From positions 32,001-96,000 of the forward strand of contig JBITAJ010000008.1 of the NCBI GenBank assembly GCA_044440125.1: a DNA stretch of 64,000 bases. Reading direction: 5' to 3'. A model generated the notes under the pieces. It made no database searches. It had not been told where the DNA came from and saw nothing but the letters and a program-made list of their open reading frames with translations. Both the position numbers and the translations under genes were made by a program. Within the stretch, counting starts at the first letter, position 1. Every line of letters starts with the position of its first letter. The stretch is from Sedimentisphaeraceae bacterium JB056 (GTDB lineage: Bacteria > Planctomycetota > Phycisphaerae > Sedimentisphaerales > Sedimentisphaeraceae). Below, piece after piece: positions 60,875 to 64,000 of the stretch.

Positions 60875-61024
60875 TTACCCGGCTATCGAAAAGATAGTGC
60901 CAAATTGCTGCATACATACCATTGCTACGTATACAGAAGTCGCAATTACCGACAATGTAGCCAATGCCAGCATCGCAGTATAGATATTGTTGCCGGCTGA
61001 GTTTTTGGGTTGTTTCTTTGCCAT
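60875..61024 (-). CDS. 49-aa single-TM small protein MAKKQPKNSAGNNIYTAMLALATLSVIATSVYVAMVCMQQFGTIFSIAG
   Basis: SD GGAGAG, starts 13 nt after the upstream stop, basic N-terminus plus about 22-aa hydrophobic helix, followed by a terminator; absent from the ORF track. Confidence 0.75.
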   Translation of the reverse strand: MAKKQPKNSAGNNIYTAMLALATLSVIATSVYVAMVCMQQFGTIFSIAG

Positions 61025-61037
61025 TATTCTCTCCAGC

Positions 61038-61877
61038 TTACAGTGTATTTGAAACAGTATCGCCTGTTTTAGGTTCAGCTTTCTTGAGCTCTATGACTCC
61101 AGCTGCAACATCAGTGTCAACATCTGTTATAACTATATCACAGATAAAAGTAGTGCCGCGTGTAACGTGGAATTTCATACCTTCCTTTACACCGTCACTG
61201 CTACCTATACTTACTGACACAAGATTTTCAGAAACTTCTGACACAAGGCCTGTTATATTTGCATAAGCTGATTGAGCAGTTGCTGCTGTCGCAGCGCTTT
61301 TAACCTGGGTAACGATATTATCGGCAGCGTTTTTGACCTGATCTTCCAGTGCAGCGAGCTGTTCCTGTAATCTTCTCTTCTCTGCCTTAAGAGCGTTAAG
61401 CATTACGATGTGCTCATCAAGTGATGTCGTCATTTCGTTAAGCTTACCGCCAAGTTTGATGTTCTTGGCCTGCTCATCGGAAAGCATCTGACGGGTTGCC
61501 TGAAGAGACTTTTCCATATCAGCAATTGTCTGCTCGAAACTCTTTACAACACCTGACCAACTGTTTACTCTGTCCTGCCACTTTACAGCTGTATGCTGAG
61601 CGTTGGTAAGATCAATAACCAATTGACTCTTATCTTCTTCCATTGTAGCAAGCTTATCCTTAAGCTCAGAGAGCTGCTTATCTGCTTCAAGCTGTACTTC
61701 ATTAGCTCTTGCGGTTGCAACATTCTTGCTTGACTGAAGAACCTTATAATCACTTTGCAGTTTATCATATTTTGCTTTAACATTATTTGTGCTGGCAACA
61801 TATGAAACTACCGCACCGCAAAGAAAAATACTTGCCAGAGACAATAGTACAGTTAGAATTTTGGTAAAAGCACTCAA
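61038..61877 (-). CDS. Membrane-anchored coiled-coil protein with C-terminal beta domain
   Basis: TTG start after SD AGGAG; N-terminal TM, about 180-aa heptad-rich region, C-terminal VSIGSSDGVKEGMKFHVTRG..GDTV. Confidence 0.75.
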   Translation of the reverse strand: MSAFTKILTVLLSLASIFLCGAVVSYVASTNNVKAKYDKLQSDYKVLQSSKNVATARANEVQLEADKQLSELKDKLATMEEDKSQLVIDLTNAQHTAVKWQDRVNSWSGVVKSFEQTIADMEKSLQATRQMLSDEQAKNIKLGGKLNEMTTSLDEHIVMLNALKAEKRRLQEQLAALEDQVKNAADNIVTQVKSAATAATAQSAYANITGLVSEVSENLVSVSIGSSDGVKEGMKFHVTRGTTFICDIVITDVDTDVAAGVIELKKAEPKTGDTVSNTL

Positions 61878-61973
61878 AGTATTTACTCCTATTACATTTA
61901 TTATAACATTATATATACGGGGCATAAACCCCAACTCACGCAGTACAAACCACAGTACCACAGGATTGACAAG

Positions 61974-62002
61974 ATTTTACGTCTCAGATAGCCTCAGGTC
62001 AA
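61974..62002 (-). promoter_or_regulatory. Putative sigma70 promoter of the coiled-coil/small-protein unit
   Basis: Minus strand TTGACC-N17-TAAAAT. Confidence 0.55.
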
Positions 62003-62158
62003 GAGATTTTTAATATTACATAGTAAAAAATAGACTATTTAGCAATAAACCTCTGCTGAAACCAGAAAAACACAAGATATACTTACTCCAAATCATCCAA
62101 AAGTAATTTGTATATTCGATTTTTGCACCCTTTATCAAAATCTTCGGACGATTATAAA

Positions 62159-62689
62159 TCATCTACCCCACTGGTTATCATGAAACTTATCCTTTGCAAG
62201 GGAGCATTTATCTATCGGTGCTTTGGTTTCTGCTCCGTACCCAATAGCTATTATTGATTCCACCCTCACACCTGCGGGAATTTTAAGTATCCTACTGACA
62301 TGTTGTTCTGATTCCAGGCCATCATTATTATATCTGGACCTGACCTGAACCCAGCAACTTCCCAGCCCCAATGTCTGGGCAGTTAGTTGTAAAATAATGC
62401 TGGCAATGGAACAATCCTCTATCCATACATCTGATTCCGATTCATCTGCACATACCACAACAGCCAGAGGAGCCCCTTTTATTAGTGAAGAACCGGATTT
62501 TTTGCACTCAGAAATCCCTTCGAGGAGAATTTTATCGTCAACGAAAATAAACTGCCACGGCATGAAATTTCTTGAAGTAGGACTGCGAAGCAATGCTTCT
62601 TTCAATATATCAATATCACTCGACGAAACCGGCTGAGAAGTGAATTGGCGTATACTGCGTCTATTGCGAAGAATATCTATCATAATCAA
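62159..62689 (-). CDS. Nitroreductase family protein
   Basis: RRSIRQF, SPTSRNFMPWQF, DCSIA, LGLGSCWV, IAIGY. Confidence 0.92.
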   Translation of the reverse strand: MIMIDILRNRRSIRQFTSQPVSSSDIDILKEALLRSPTSRNFMPWQFIFVDDKILLEGISECKKSGSSLIKGAPLAVVVCADESESDVWIEDCSIASIILQLTAQTLGLGSCWVQVRSRYNNDGLESEQHVSRILKIPAGVRVESIIAIGYGAETKAPIDKCSLAKDKFHDNQWGR

Positions 62690-63330
62690 ACCTCTGCACC
62701 CTGCTTCAACCTGTAAACGATAGGAACAAGCTCCTCAGCAGTCTTGATATCAGGATGTTTTTGGGAAGCGAGCTTTACGAGCTCAATGGCCTCATTTCGC
62801 TTTTCACCCCAAGCAACCAGAATTTCAAGAGTTTCGATTTGATACGAGCTGAACTTTGCACCTTGACCGGAGATTTCTGATTGCCCGGACATAGTAAGGT
62901 CGGAGGCATAACCAGAAAGTTTGCCGCTTAGTTCAGCGATTATATGCTGAGCAAGCCTCTTGCCAATCCCGGGCATACTTATAACAATCTTCTCGTCACC
63001 TGATTCTATAGCAGAAGCTATTGCATCGACCGGCAAACAAAGCGATTTAAGCCCTTTTTTTATGCCCATGCCTTTTACGCTTGTATATTTGAGGAAAAAC
63101 TCTTTTTCTGACGAATTCATAAAGCCAACCATCCTCGGTATGAGGTTTCCCCCGCCCGGAGTACCTTCATAATATTCCATAGTACAAAGTGTTATCTCTG
63201 TCCCTATCTTACTCGAAAGCGAGCTTACACAATAGCCCGGAAGCATAACCTCGTACGAAATATTACCTACCGAAACCAAAGCCTTTTCGTCATCTAATGA
63301 AAGAAGTTCACCTGTTATCCGTGCTATCAT
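62686..63330 (-). CDS. ruvA: Holliday junction branch migration protein RuvA
   Basis: MIARITGEL, VGNISYEV, GF..EKEFF..VKGMGIK, MPGIGKRLAQHIIAEL HhH motifs. Confidence 0.9.
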   Translation of the reverse strand: MIARITGELLSLDDEKALVSVGNISYEVMLPGYCVSSLSSKIGTEITLCTMEYYEGTPGGGNLIPRMVGFMNSSEKEFFLKYTSVKGMGIKKGLKSLCLPVDAIASAIESGDEKIVISMPGIGKRLAQHIIAELSGKLSGYASDLTMSGQSEISGQGAKFSSYQIETLEILVAWGEKRNEAIELVKLASQKHPDIKTAEELVPIVYRLKQGAEV

Positions 63331-63443
63331 AAATATCCTTTTCAGTGAACAAAGAATTGCAAATTTTTATTTTATCATTCAAGTACTAATTAGTATTCTA
63401 TAAGATAGTAATAGAATTTCCAGTAAAAACACCATATCAAAAC

Positions 63444-63938
63444 TCAAAAAGCAATCATATCCTCTAAATTCAGGGCGTTTACGCAGCAAAGAGCAATAGC
63501 AATTGCGTCTGCTACGTCTGCTGGTTCAGGTGGTGCGGCAAGAGAAAGTGTCGAGGCGATAGCACGCTGCATCTGCTGTTTTGTCGCTCTGCCGTTACCG
63601 GTAAGAGATTTCTTAATCTTAGTCGCTGAATAATCCACCACTTTCATTTCTCTGACACCTGCACGCTGAAAAATGACCCCCCTTGCATGCCCCATAAGTA
63701 TTGCCGTACGAGGATGAGCATAATGAGAATACAGCTGTTCAACTGCCATTATATCAGGATCATGCGAATCTAATATAGTATCAAGGTCAGCGGCAATTTG
63801 TGACAAGCGGTCTGCGAGCTCCGCCTTGGTATCGGCCCTTATAGTACCGGCTTCCAGAAGATTAATGCCGGAAACATTACTATTTATAACTGCGTAACCG
63901 CAAATACGCAACCCCGGATCTATTCCTATGATCTTCAT
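63444..63938 (-). CDS. ruvC: Holliday junction resolvase RuvC
   Basis: IIGIDPG, AVEQLY, GHARGV, IKKSLTGNGRATKQQM, DVADAIAIA. Confidence 0.95.
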   Translation of the reverse strand: MKIIGIDPGLRICGYAVINSNVSGINLLEAGTIRADTKAELADRLSQIAADLDTILDSHDPDIMAVEQLYSHYAHPRTAILMGHARGVIFQRAGVREMKVVDYSATKIKKSLTGNGRATKQQMQRAIASTLSLAAPPEPADVADAIAIALCCVNALNLEDMIAF

Positions 63939-64000
63939 ACAACCTTGCCATCCTGAAGCACTACCTGTCTGTCGCCCATATCCGCAACGCGTTTATCATG
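63935..64000 (-). CDS. C-terminal end of an ABC transporter ATP-binding protein (LolD-like), truncated by window edge
   Basis: HDKRVADMGDRQVVLQDGKVV-stop resembles the ABC H-loop tail; ATGA overlap with ruvC. Confidence 0.55.
   Translation of the reverse strand, partial: HDKRVADMGDRQVVLQDGKVV

Noticed and set aside
60964..61266. 100-aa plus-strand ORF in the track
   Set aside because: Antisense to the coiled-coil gene and to the 49-aa ORF, both of which have SD sites and coherent protein features
61878..61961. N-terminal extension of the coiled-coil ORF given in the track
   Set aside because: AGGAG SD precedes TTG at 61877 and the predicted promoter ends just upstream, so this stretch is probably 5' UTR

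Overview
Gene-dense, AT-rich bacterial chromosome segment made mostly of core genes. The gene set and protein styles suggest an anaerobic Planctomycetota of the Phycisphaerae/Sedimentisphaerales type; this is inference, not a database result. In order it carries: the end of a DUF58-batABCDE operon; AraC and a URO-D-family gene; a NagD-like HAD hydrolase; metY; a tal-glgP-xfp operon; a stand-alone rnpA; a tightly coupled unit of hybrid histidine kinase, VanZ, a 2-module NRPS and a PPTase; an ArsC-like gene with ribE-pdxA-rsmA and a secreted double-DTG aspartyl protease; an orphan outer-membrane efflux factor; rnhB-like-ispH-rpsA; a complete trpEGDCFBA operon with a WWW leader-peptide attenuator; an aldo/keto reductase; an MtaA/CmuA-type protein; an orphan DNA methyltransferase with lnt; a sigma54-type hsp20; uvrA; CvpA; a membrane-anchored GspE/PilB ATPase; mreBCD; a coiled-coil gene; a nitroreductase; and ruvA/ruvC. 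I saw no rRNA, tRNA, CRISPR array or IS element. The best candidate for an undescribed system is the NRPS (A-T-C-halfC-A-T-TE), which has a Cys-nucleophile thioesterase, an extra catalytically dead half C domain and an unusual charged A2 pocket. Three small ORFs absent from the ORF track were found: TrpL, a 26-aa Lys/Arg-rich peptide and a 49-aa membrane protein upstream of mreB.
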